DNA of 64,000 bases from Sedimentisphaerales bacterium (lineage in GTDB: Bacteria; Planctomycetota; Phycisphaerae; Sedimentisphaerales; Anaerobacaceae): assembly GCA_040772485.1 (NCBI GenBank), contig JAXGYC010000011.1, positions 1-64,000 of the forward strand, given 5' to 3'. Positions 48,545 through 57,723 of this stretch are shown one piece after another (within the stretch, counting starts at the first letter, position 1; every line of letters starts with the position of its first letter). The position numbers were made by a program, and so were the translations under genes. The notes under the pieces were generated by a model. That model did not search any database. It worked only from the letters and a program-made list of their open reading frames with translations, and was not told the origin of the DNA.

Positions 48545-49927
48545 ATGATGCGTCGAAGGAATACGCCGGCAACGGAAACCAACAAACAGGCGACCACCCG
48601 GAGCTTCCTCAAGTCGGAGTGGCCGCTGTTTCTGTACCCGGCCCTGGTGGTAGCCGCCATTGTCCTTCTCCAGGCGGTCCACCAGTCCATCGAGAAAGAC
48701 CTGACGCCATCACAGCGGCAGCCGGACCCATCGGCGCCACAAACCACGGCCGCGACAGAACAGAATGACCAGAACACATCGCAGGCAAGGTTGCCGGAAG
48801 ACGGTTCGACGCTGCCTCCCGATGCGCTCGCGCCGTTGCCCGACACCGGCGCGACGGATACAACTCTGGCGGCCGACCGCCTGCGGATGATCGAGGCCCT
48901 CCGACGTCGCGCTGAATGGACAGGTTCCGGAGACTCTGTCGGCGGCGGAGACCTGCCACAGGAACTCCAGGCGGTCCACGCCATACTGACGTCGCTGCGA
49001 CAAGCGGTCCGGGACCAGGACCATTCCCGAATCAAGGAAGCCATGGAGCAACTGGTTGCGCTGGGCGACGAAGGGGTGGGACCGTTGAGTGACATCGTCG
49101 CCGGCGGAACGGACGAAGCGGCCCTGTGGGCGGCCGAAGCGCTGGCCCGAATCGGCACGCCGGCGGCAACGGCCGCTCTGTTCGAAACGCTCGCACAGAT
49201 CGAGGACGGTCCGTACAAGGAGCAGATCGCCAAGACCGCGTCGAACATCAGCAACCACGACAGTTGGCCTCTGCTGCTGGATACACTCCAGGGCACGGAA
49301 GACGCGATGGTGCAGCGTGCGGCCGGCGCCTCCCTGTCGCGAATGGCGGACACCCCCGTCCTGGATGAGATCGTCGCGCGGTACGATGCGGCCCTGACGG
49401 AAGAGGAAGCCGCTCGCCTGGCGCAGTTGGTCAGGAACATCAGCTCGCCCCAAGCCAGCGAGTCCCTGCGCGCGCTGGCCGGCGACGTTTCGTCGCCCGC
49501 CCTGGACGGGCTGCAACAGGCCGCGATCGAAGCCCTGGCCAACGTCGGTGACGCCCCGTCGGTTAACTACTTGCTGAGCAGACTTGAAGCCGCATCGCCA
49601 GGCGAAGGCGGCTCGCTCTTCAGCACCATCACCAGGATCAGCGCACCGCAGGCTCAATCGGCTTTGCTCTACGCGGCGGCTGGTAGCAAAAGCGTCTCGG
49701 CCGAACAGGGCCGAACGGCGGCCATCTACGCCCTGGAGAACTACCCCAACGCCGAGACGTGCGCCCTGCTCAACCAGATCGTCGCCGCGGAAGACAACAC
49801 GGCGGTCCTCACCGCGGCCCTGCGAACGCTCGAGAGCATCCAGAAAGCCGTTCCCTCGGTCGCCGAAAACGCCACCTCCAAGGCCGACGCGGGCATCCTG
49901 CTCCCCCTGGACCCCCTCCAGAAGTAG
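48545..49927 (+). CDS. Membrane-anchored HEAT-repeat protein
   Basis: One N-terminal TM segment (PLFLYPALVVAAIVLL), a low-complexity linker, then HEAT-like repeats (AAEALARIG, AAIEALANVG). Confidence 0.75.
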   Translation: MMRRRNTPATETNKQATTRSFLKSEWPLFLYPALVVAAIVLLQAVHQSIEKDLTPSQRQPDPSAPQTTAATEQNDQNTSQARLPEDGSTLPPDALAPLPDTGATDTTLAADRLRMIEALRRRAEWTGSGDSVGGGDLPQELQAVHAILTSLRQAVRDQDHSRIKEAMEQLVALGDEGVGPLSDIVAGGTDEAALWAAEALARIGTPAATAALFETLAQIEDGPYKEQIAKTASNISNHDSWPLLLDTLQGTEDAMVQRAAGASLSRMADTPVLDEIVARYDAALTEEEAARLAQLVRNISSPQASESLRALAGDVSSPALDGLQQAAIEALANVGDAPSVNYLLSRLEAASPGEGGSLFSTITRISAPQAQSALLYAAAGSKSVSAEQGRTAAIYALENYPNAETCALLNQIVAAEDNTAVLTAALRTLESIQKAVPSVAENATSKADAGILLPLDPLQK

Positions 49928-50017
49928 CCATCCGTCCCCGCCTTGTGCCCGCACACATCTGCGGAAATCGCTACCGAAACAGACGGGAGCGGCACGAGAC
50001 GTTTCGCCCCTTGCGGT

Positions 50018-50046
50018 TTGTCTTTTGGGCCTGGATGTGCTATAAT
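50018..50046 (+). promoter_or_regulatory. Putative sigma70-type promoter (extended -10) for the CotH pair
   Basis: TTGTCT-N17-TATAAT with TGn immediately before the -10 box. Confidence 0.6.
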
Positions 50047-50136
50047 CGTTGTGCTGAATGGGCCCTCCGGGCCAGCGAGATGCGGCGGATCGGCCTGAGG
50101 CACGCTTGGTCCAGAGTCGGTAGGAGAGCTTCGCAG

Positions 50137-53100
50137 ATGGCAGGTCTCACGAGAACACTCCTGGTTTTCATGGTCTCCGTCGCCCTATGGCCGAATCCTG
50201 CGTCTGCCCAGCCCCCTCAGGACGACCCGACCGACGCGGCGCTGGTGATCAGTGAATTCGTCGCCTCGAACAACCGCAGTCTGCGCGACAGCGATGGCGA
50301 CTACCCCGACTGGATCGAGATTCAGAACACATCGGCGGACATGGTGAACCTCGACGGCTGGTCTCTAACCGACAACATGGACAATCTGAGGAAGTGGGAG
50401 TTCCCAGCCGTCGAGCTTGCTCCGGGCCGCTTTCTCGTCGTCTTCGCGTCGGGAAAGGACAGGCGGGAGCCCCAGGCTGAACTGCATACGAATTTCGCAC
50501 TGGCTGCCGGCGGGGAATCACTGGCTCTGGTCGCGCCCGACGGAACGTTGGCCCATGCGTACATCGACTATCCGCCGCAGTTCGCCGACATCTCCTACGG
50601 GCTCAGCGCCGGAAGCGTCAGCGGCCAGACCGAGACCGTTCTCGTGCCACAAGAGGCACAGGCCAGGGCTTGGGTCCCCGCGGACGGATCGCTTGGGACG
50701 GAGTGGATGCTGGCGTCGTTCTACGACAGCGAATGGCTCACCGGCACAACCGGGGTGGGGTACGACTACCCCGGCTACGTCGGGCTCGACGTCAGTTTCA
50801 TGCGAGGCGTCGCCACCACCGTGTACATCCGCATTCCTTTCCACGTCGCCGACCCCGCTCCAGCGGACCGCCTGATTCTGTACATGAGGTACGAGGACGG
50901 CTTCGTCGCCTATCTCAACGGCTTCGAAGTCGCGCGGGCCAACGCCCCCGACGGGCCGGACGTGCCCTGGAATGCCTCGGCCACCGCCATCCGGGAGGAC
51001 AGCGATGCGGTCGACTTCGAGGAGTTCGACATCTCGGCCTTCAAGGACCGCCTGGTCGCAGGCGACAATCTCCTGGCCATCCACGGCTTGAACGCGGACC
51101 TGGTCAGCTCCGACCTGCTGGCCCTTCCGGAACTGACGGCAATTCACATCGAGCGCATCGACCTGGAGGGGGTCGCGGAGGGGTATCTCCTCCAGCCGAC
51201 GCCAGGGGCCGCGAACCAGGCGGCGATGGCCCAGATCGGCCCGACCATTCGCGATGTCACCGAGAACCCTCCCGCCCCGGCCGATGACGAAGATCTCGTA
51301 ATCACTGCCCGGGTCCTCCAGACACAGGCCCCGGTCCTCGGGATGCAACTGACCTGGGTGACAGGGTTCGATTCCGACAGTCGGTTCATGACGAGCGACA
51401 CCGTGACGATGGTGGACGATGGGAACGGAGACGATGCCGTGGCGGGGGATGGTCTGTACACGGCGACGATCTCCGCACAGTTCTACGAGCCGGGCGATAT
51501 GGTGCGCTGGTGTGTCAGCGCGGTTGACACGCGCGGACAACTCTCACGGGCCCCTCTGTATCCTCATCCCACCGATTCGCCCAAGTACTACGGCACAGTG
51601 GTTCAGGACCCACAGGTCAATACGGCCCTTCCGGTGCTGTACTGGTTCGTGGAGAACGTCCCGGCGTCGGAAACGCGCAGCGGCACCCGCTGCTCGGTCT
51701 ACTACCTCGGGCAGTTCTACGACAACGTGGGCATCCACATCCGCGGCGGCAGCACCTCCGGCGCCCCGAAGAAGCACTTCAAGTTCCAGTTCAATCACGG
51801 CGCCAAGTTCCAGTATCGCCAGGACGCCCCACGCGTGAACGAATTCAACCTGAACAGCACCTACAGCGACAAGGCCTACCTGAGGCAGAACCTGGCTTTT
51901 GAGTCGTACGACTGGTGCGGCTGTCCGGGCAGCGAATCGTTCCCCGTTCGCGCTCAGCGCAACGGCGAATTCTACGGCGTGCAGGTCTTCATCGAGGAGC
52001 CCGAGGAGGAGCTCCTCGAACGGGAGGGGCTCGATCCCGATGGGGCCCTCTACAAGATGTACGACACGTTCAATGCGTCCGGCAACGCTGAGAAGAAAAC
52101 GCGTCGATGGGAGAACAACCAGCAGGACCTGAGCAATTTCCGCCGAGCCATCAACAACGCGTCGGGCCTCGCAAGGCACAATAACATTTTCGACTACGTC
52201 AATCTGCCCTTGACGCTCAACTACCTCGTCGCGACGGTCCTGTGCCACCAGAACGATCATCCGCACAAGAATCATTACCTCTATTGTGACTCGGACGGCT
52301 CGGGCCAGTGGTGCATCCTGCCCTGGGACCACGACCTGACTTGGGGCTCCAACTGGACGGGCAGCTCCTATCACGACTACATCTACGCCGACGATGACCA
52401 AGTCCCCGGCAAGCCCGGCGACGTGAAGCCTTCACACCCGTTCGTGGGCAAGGAGGACTGCAAGGAGTGGAATTTCCACTGGAATCGCTTGATCGACGCA
52501 CTACTCAACGACACGGTTGTGCGCGAGATGTATCTGCGTCGCCTGCGAACGGTCATGGACGAATTCCTCAAGCCGCCTGGGACGCCCTATGACGAGCTGT
52601 TCATCGAGAATCGGATCGACGAGCTGGTAGCCGCGATGACCTCGGACGTCGCGTGCGACTACGCCAAATGGGCCAATCCCTGGACGTGGGGCGGCGAGGG
52701 CGGCTACCCACGAAACCAATCCTTCGCCTACGCGATCAACGTTATCAAGGACGACTACCTGGCCGTTCGGCGGACGCATCTGTTTGTCACGCACAACGTG
52801 GATCGCGTCGCCAGCTATCCGATCGCCGGATCATACTCGGCCGCCATCCCCAACGCACAGCCCGACAACGCGACGATCCTCCTTGCCGAGTGCGAGTTCA
52901 ATCCGGCCAGCGGCAATCAGGATGAAGAGTACATCGTATTGGTCAACCCGAACTCCTATGCGGTGGATATCTCCGGCTGGCAACTGGAAGGTGGGATCGA
53001 GCACACTTTTCTGCCCGGCACCGTGATCGTCTCCGGCGGCGCGATCTACGTCTCGCCGAACGTCCGCGCGTTCCTCAACCGCCCGACGGGTCCGAGCAGA

Positions 53101-53382
53101 GGAAAGGGATTGTTCGTGCAAGGCAACTACAGAGGCCATCTGTCCAGTCGGGGCGAAACCATAAACCTGCTGGACCGATACGGACGCGTGGTCGATATCC
53201 TGACAACAGTACGATCCTCGAATTCAAGCACGACGACAACTGGTTCGACGAGACCGATGGCTCTGAGCATCAAAGATGCGACCAACCCCGAGCTTGGAAG
53301 CTGGAGCGCTCTCGTGGCCTGGCGTCCACGAGCCGAGGCGGGAGGTTCTCGCAAGACCGATTTGGAAGAGGAGGATTCATGA
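50137..53382 (+). CDS. Secreted lamin-tail-domain / CotH-kinase-family protein 1
   Basis: ATG 50137 after TAGGAGAG; LTD motif VISEFVASN...DWIEIQN; CotH-like IRGG, KKHFK, GALYK, DHPHKNHYLY, PWDHDLTWG; second LTD DEEYI.L.N. Confidence 0.85.
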   Translation: MAGLTRTLLVFMVSVALWPNPASAQPPQDDPTDAALVISEFVASNNRSLRDSDGDYPDWIEIQNTSADMVNLDGWSLTDNMDNLRKWEFPAVELAPGRFLVVFASGKDRREPQAELHTNFALAAGGESLALVAPDGTLAHAYIDYPPQFADISYGLSAGSVSGQTETVLVPQEAQARAWVPADGSLGTEWMLASFYDSEWLTGTTGVGYDYPGYVGLDVSFMRGVATTVYIRIPFHVADPAPADRLILYMRYEDGFVAYLNGFEVARANAPDGPDVPWNASATAIREDSDAVDFEEFDISAFKDRLVAGDNLLAIHGLNADLVSSDLLALPELTAIHIERIDLEGVAEGYLLQPTPGAANQAAMAQIGPTIRDVTENPPAPADDEDLVITARVLQTQAPVLGMQLTWVTGFDSDSRFMTSDTVTMVDDGNGDDAVAGDGLYTATISAQFYEPGDMVRWCVSAVDTRGQLSRAPLYPHPTDSPKYYGTVVQDPQVNTALPVLYWFVENVPASETRSGTRCSVYYLGQFYDNVGIHIRGGSTSGAPKKHFKFQFNHGAKFQYRQDAPRVNEFNLNSTYSDKAYLRQNLAFESYDWCGCPGSESFPVRAQRNGEFYGVQVFIEEPEEELLEREGLDPDGALYKMYDTFNASGNAEKKTRRWENNQQDLSNFRRAINNASGLARHNNIFDYVNLPLTLNYLVATVLCHQNDHPHKNHYLYCDSDGSGQWCILPWDHDLTWGSNWTGSSYHDYIYADDDQVPGKPGDVKPSHPFVGKEDCKEWNFHWNRLIDALLNDTVVREMYLRRLRTVMDEFLKPPGTPYDELFIENRIDELVAAMTSDVACDYAKWANPWTWGGEGGYPRNQSFAYAINVIKDDYLAVRRTHLFVTHNVDRVASYPIAGSYSAAIPNAQPDNATILLAECEFNPASGNQDEEYIVLVNPNSYAVDISGWQLEGGIEHTFLPGTVIVSGGAIYVSPNVRAFLNRPTGPSRGKGLFVQGNYRGHLSSRGETINLLDRYGRVVDILTTVRSSNSSTTTTGSTRPMALSIKDATNPELGSWSALVAWRPRAEAGGSRKTDLEEEDS

Positions 53383-56324
53383 GAGGTTCTTTACGACTGG
53401 CCGCAGCGGCGATGCTGTCGATGGCGGGCCTGGCCGCCGCACAGGAAACGCCGGTCATCAGCGAGTTCATGGCCGCCAATACGAGCCGGACACCCCTGTC
53501 CGCCGGCGAGCTTCTCGATCAGGACGGAGAGTCTTCAGACTGGATCGAGATATGGAATCCATCGTCTGTGGCCGTGAACCTCGAAGGCTGGTTTCTCACC
53601 GACAACCTGAATAATCTGATGAAATGGGAGTTCCCGGCGGCGGCGCTGGCCCCGGGCGGCTTCCTCGTGGTCTTTGCGTCGGGCAAGAACCAGCGCGATC
53701 CGGCGGGAGAATTCCACACCAGTTTCGCACTGGCCGCCGGCGGAGAGTCGTTGGCTCTGGTGGCGCCGGATGGAACGGTGGCCCATGCCTACGTCGACTA
53801 TCCGCCGCAATTCGCGGATGTCTCCTACGGCGTGAACTCTGGCGGCGCCGGTCTGGCAACCGAGGAGGTCCTCGTTGCGGAAGGCGCCGAGGCGATGGCG
53901 CTCGTCCCGACCGACGGATCGCTGGGCTCCGCCTGGATGCTGGCAGGGTTCGAGGATGCCCACTGGCTTCGTGGCACGACCGGCGTAGGCTTCGACTACC
54001 CTGGCAACGTCGGCCTCGACGTCGGCGCCATGCGGGGCGTCAATCCCACCGTGTACGTGCGGATTCCGTTCCGCGTCGAGGACGAGGCATCCGTGAATCG
54101 GCTGACGTTGCACATGAAGTACGAGGACGGCTTTGTCGCTTACCTGAACGGATTCGAGGTGGCCCGGTCCAACGCGCCGAACCAGGCCTCTCTGGCCTGG
54201 AATGCCGCGGCTACGGAAAACCGCCCGGACAGCGACGCGGTCGATTTCGAAGACTTCGACATCTCGGCACACGCGCACCGGCTCGTTCCGGGCGACAACG
54301 TTCTGGCCATCCAGGGCCTCAATATCGACCTGATCAGTTCCGATCTGCTGATCCTGCCGGAATTGATCGCCGTCCACGTCCACGAAGTGGATTTGTCGAC
54401 GGTTCTCGAAGGGTATCTCGTGCAGCCGACGCCGGGAGCGCTCAACCAGGGGGCGCTGGCCCAGATCGGCCCGACGATTCGCGACGTCACGGAGAATCCC
54501 CCGCCTCCCGATCCCGACGAAGACCTCGTGATCACGGCGCGGGTTGTGCAAACCCTGGCTCCGGTGGTCGGCGTAATGTTGACCTGGCAAGTCGACTTCG
54601 ACGTTCTCGCCCGGACAGAACACCATGACACGATCCCGATGGTCGATGATGGAACCGGCGGCGACGCCACCGCCGGGGACGGAGTATATACCGCGACCAT
54701 TCCCGCATCGGCCTACGAGGCAGGCAGCCTGATTCGCTGGCGTGTGGATGCCGTCGATACCGAGGGCCGCACGTCGCGCGATCCGCTCTTCCTGCGACCG
54801 GACGATTCGCCGGAGTATTACGGAACCGTCGCGCAGGATCCCACGCTCAGCACGTCGTTGCCTGTGCTCTACTGGTTCTCGGAGCAGCCCGCTCGCACAC
54901 GAACGCGAAGCGGAGGGCGCGCGTCTGTGTTCTTCGATGGAGAATTCTACGACAATGTATTCGTACGCGAACGCGGCGCCTACACAACAAACGGCTCACA
55001 GAAGTTCGTCTTCAACCGAGGGCACAAGTTCCGCTTCTCGCCCGAACACCCGCGCGTCCACGAATTCAACCTCAACAGCAACGGCTCGGACTCCAGCTAT
55101 CTGCGGCAGCCCCTGGCCTTCGAGACGATGCGGAAGGCCGGCAGTCCGGCCTCGCTGTCGTTCCTGATGCTGTCGGTGTGCAACGGCAACGTCGATCGTG
55201 TCGGCATCTTCATCGAGCAGGTGGACGAAGAGTTCCTCGAACGCAACGGCCTGGACCCGGCGGGCGCGCTGTACAAGTTCGTGCAGCGATCTTCTTCGGC
55301 GCCCGTATTCAACGACATCAGCTCGGGCATCGAAAAGAAGACCCGCGAGAAGGAGGGACGCGACGACGTCGCCGCCATCGTGGCGGGTCTGAACGCCTCG
55401 TCCGAGCAGAGGCGAAGAGCGTTTGTCTTCGATCATTTCAACCTTCCGCAGATGATGTGCTATCTGGCCGCCCGCTGTCTGCTTCAGGACACCGACGACA
55501 TCCGGAAGAACTTCTACTTCTACTGCGACAGCGACGGCAGCGGGGAATGGTCGATCTTCCCCTGGGACAAGGACTGGACCTTCGGCGTCGTCGGAGACGG
55601 CGGAGTCTACACCACGCACCCGTTCCTCGGCGCCGATTCGCATCCGAAGGCCGGCGGCTCCCAGTGGAGCGTGTACCTCAGCGTCATGTACCACCTTCCG
55701 GAGACACAGGAGATGTTTCTCCGGCGTTTGCGCACCGTGATGGACGAGCAGCTTCAGCCTCCCGGAACGCCTGCCGATCGACTGCTCTTCGAGAATCGAA
55801 TCAACGAGATGGTGACCCAGGCGAGAGGCTATCTTGCAGGGTCCGCCAGTTCCCTGCGGAACTACTTCCCTCCGCGTCGCGTGCAGTTGTACGTCGATCA
55901 CAGCATCCACAACACCACGAATCCGCCGGCGGGAGGCGTCGCGGGGATTCCGGATCCGCAGCCGGACGATGTATCCATCCTCTTCGGGGATTACGACTAC
56001 GCCCCGATTTCCGGCAACCAGGACGAAGAATACATCGAGCTGATCAATCCCAACGCCTACGCCGTCGATATTTCCGGCTGGAAGCTGGCCGGAGGAATCG
56101 AGCACGAGTTCGCCCCTGGCACGGTCATCATCTCCGGCGGCAGCCTGTACGTCTGCCCCAACGTGCGAGCCTTCCGCCAGCGAGAGACCTACCCAACCGG
56201 CGGACAGGGGCTGTTCGTTCAGGGCAACTATCGCGGCCATCTCTCCAGTCGAGGCGAGACAATCGATCTTCTGGACCGATCCGAGCGGCTCGTGGCGACG
56301 CTGACGTATCCCGGCGTCGACTGA
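53379..56324 (+). CDS. Secreted lamin-tail-domain / CotH-kinase-family protein 2
   Basis: ATGA overlap with the upstream paralog; same architecture; DDIRKNFYFY, PWDKDWTFG. Confidence 0.88.
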   Translation: MRGSLRLAAAAMLSMAGLAAAQETPVISEFMAANTSRTPLSAGELLDQDGESSDWIEIWNPSSVAVNLEGWFLTDNLNNLMKWEFPAAALAPGGFLVVFASGKNQRDPAGEFHTSFALAAGGESLALVAPDGTVAHAYVDYPPQFADVSYGVNSGGAGLATEEVLVAEGAEAMALVPTDGSLGSAWMLAGFEDAHWLRGTTGVGFDYPGNVGLDVGAMRGVNPTVYVRIPFRVEDEASVNRLTLHMKYEDGFVAYLNGFEVARSNAPNQASLAWNAAATENRPDSDAVDFEDFDISAHAHRLVPGDNVLAIQGLNIDLISSDLLILPELIAVHVHEVDLSTVLEGYLVQPTPGALNQGALAQIGPTIRDVTENPPPPDPDEDLVITARVVQTLAPVVGVMLTWQVDFDVLARTEHHDTIPMVDDGTGGDATAGDGVYTATIPASAYEAGSLIRWRVDAVDTEGRTSRDPLFLRPDDSPEYYGTVAQDPTLSTSLPVLYWFSEQPARTRTRSGGRASVFFDGEFYDNVFVRERGAYTTNGSQKFVFNRGHKFRFSPEHPRVHEFNLNSNGSDSSYLRQPLAFETMRKAGSPASLSFLMLSVCNGNVDRVGIFIEQVDEEFLERNGLDPAGALYKFVQRSSSAPVFNDISSGIEKKTREKEGRDDVAAIVAGLNASSEQRRRAFVFDHFNLPQMMCYLAARCLLQDTDDIRKNFYFYCDSDGSGEWSIFPWDKDWTFGVVGDGGVYTTHPFLGADSHPKAGGSQWSVYLSVMYHLPETQEMFLRRLRTVMDEQLQPPGTPADRLLFENRINEMVTQARGYLAGSASSLRNYFPPRRVQLYVDHSIHNTTNPPAGGVAGIPDPQPDDVSILFGDYDYAPISGNQDEEYIELINPNAYAVDISGWKLAGGIEHEFAPGTVIISGGSLYVCPNVRAFRQRETYPTGGQGLFVQGNYRGHLSSRGETIDLLDRSERLVATLTYPGVD

Positions 56325-56334
56325 CCGAAGGGCG

Positions 56335-57015
56335 CTACTGCGGCGGGTCGAATTTGTAGCCAATCTCGCGGAGAGTGTGGATGTAGACGGGATTGTGGGG
56401 ATCAGGCTCGATCTTGTTCCGCAGGGTCGTGACGAAGCGGTCGATCGTGCGCGGGCCGGAGATCGAATCGTAGCCCCAGACGAGATTGAGGATTTCGTCG
56501 CGGCTCAGTGCCCGCCCGGGCTTCTTGACGAACAACTCGAGCAGCCGGAACTCCTTGGGCGACAGCTTGATCTCTTCCGCTCCGCGCGTCAGTTTCCGGG
56601 CGCTGATGTCCAGTTCGCAGTCGCCAAACCGGTAGACCTCCAGCTCCGTCGAACGCATCCGCCGCAACAGGGCATCGGTGCGAGCCAGCAGCTCCTTGAT
56701 ACTGAAGGGTTTGGTGACATAGTCGTCGGCGCCGAGGTTCAGGCCCAGAACAATGTCGGATTCCTCACCCTTGGCGGTGAGCATGATGATGGGCATTCCC
56801 AGCTTTTCCTTGCGGATCAGCCGGCACACCTCATAGCCGTTGATCTTGGGGAGCATCAGGTCCAACAGGATCAAATCGGGCCTGGCGTTCAGTGCGGCGT
56901 TCAGACCGGCCTCGCCGTCGTCGGCCGCCAGAACGCGATAGCCGTGAAACTCGAAGTTGTCTTTCAGACCCCGCAGCATGGTGGGGTCGTCTTCAACGAT
57001 GAGGATGGTTTCCAT
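56335..57015 (-). CDS. OmpR-family response regulator
   Basis: ILIVEDD, LLDLMLP, GADDYVTKPF, wHTH RTIDRFVTTLRNKIE...GYKF. Confidence 0.95.
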   Translation of the reverse strand: METILIVEDDPTMLRGLKDNFEFHGYRVLAADDGEAGLNAALNARPDLILLDLMLPKINGYEVCRLIRKEKLGMPIIMLTAKGEESDIVLGLNLGADDYVTKPFSIKELLARTDALLRRMRSTELEVYRFGDCELDISARKLTRGAEEIKLSPKEFRLLELFVKKPGRALSRDEILNLVWGYDSISGPRTIDRFVTTLRNKIEPDPHNPVYIHTLREIGYKFDPPQ

Positions 57016-57019
57016 AGGG

Positions 57020-57697
57020 TCACGGCATTTCAAACTGGTATCCCGTATTGCCGACCGCTGCGATGCGAGGCGGACGCGTCGGGTCGGATCCGATCTTGTC
57101 GTTCAGCACCGCGACGGTCTTGTCAATGTCCTTCAGCGAGATGAAATGTGAATAGCCCCAGACGGCGGTGCGAATCCCCTCCCTGGAGAGCGGATAGCCG
57201 GCCTTGCGCAGGAACAGCCGGAGCATCCTGAACTGGCCCGGCGTCAAGGGCACCTCTCGGCCCTCCCGCCGGAGCGTTCCGGCGCGCAAATCGAGCCGGC
57301 AGTCGCCGAACTCATACACCATCGGCTCGCACACCGTGCGACGCCGCATGAACGCGTTGGCCCGGGCCAGCAGCTCGCGGATGCTGAACGGCTTGCGAAC
57401 GTAGTCGTCGGCCCCCACGTCGAGGCCCAGCACGGCGTCGGCGTCACGGTCTTTGGCTGTCAGCATGATGATCGGCATGTCCAGGTCCTTCTCGCGGATG
57501 CCCGAACAGACTTCATAGCCATTGATTCCCGGCAGCATGATGTCCAGAATAACCAGGTCGGGCCGTTCCTTCAACGTCGTTTCCAGGCCCTGTGGACCGT
57601 CGCGTGCGGTGAGCACGTCGTAGCCGGTCATTTTGAAGTTGTCTTCCAGACCCCGGATCATGACCGGGTCGTCCTCTACGATCAGTACCGTTGCCAT
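57020..57697 (-). CDS. OmpR-family response regulator with a divergent DNA-binding helix
   Basis: VLIVEDD, ILDIMLP, GADDYVRKPF; wHTH region KDIDKTVAVLNDKIG. Confidence 0.9.
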   Translation of the reverse strand: MATVLIVEDDPVMIRGLEDNFKMTGYDVLTARDGPQGLETTLKERPDLVILDIMLPGINGYEVCSGIREKDLDMPIIMLTAKDRDADAVLGLDVGADDYVRKPFSIRELLARANAFMRRRTVCEPMVYEFGDCRLDLRAGTLRREGREVPLTPGQFRMLRLFLRKAGYPLSREGIRTAVWGYSHFISLKDIDKTVAVLNDKIGSDPTRPPRIAAVGNTGYQFEMP

Positions 57698-57723
57698 CGT
57701 GGATTGTCCTTTCCGCAAACGGT

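Noticed and set aside
49759..50136. 126-aa N-terminal extension of CotH paralog 1
   Set aside because: It overlaps the upstream gene and a good promoter motif; the signal peptide starts at ATG 50137
3518..56363. Many long antisense ORFs (for example 3518-5773, 15355-17460, 20238-22325, 25241-27466, 45292-47856)
   Set aside because: They mirror well-supported genes on the other strand, which is expected from high-GC codon bias, and show no family motifs
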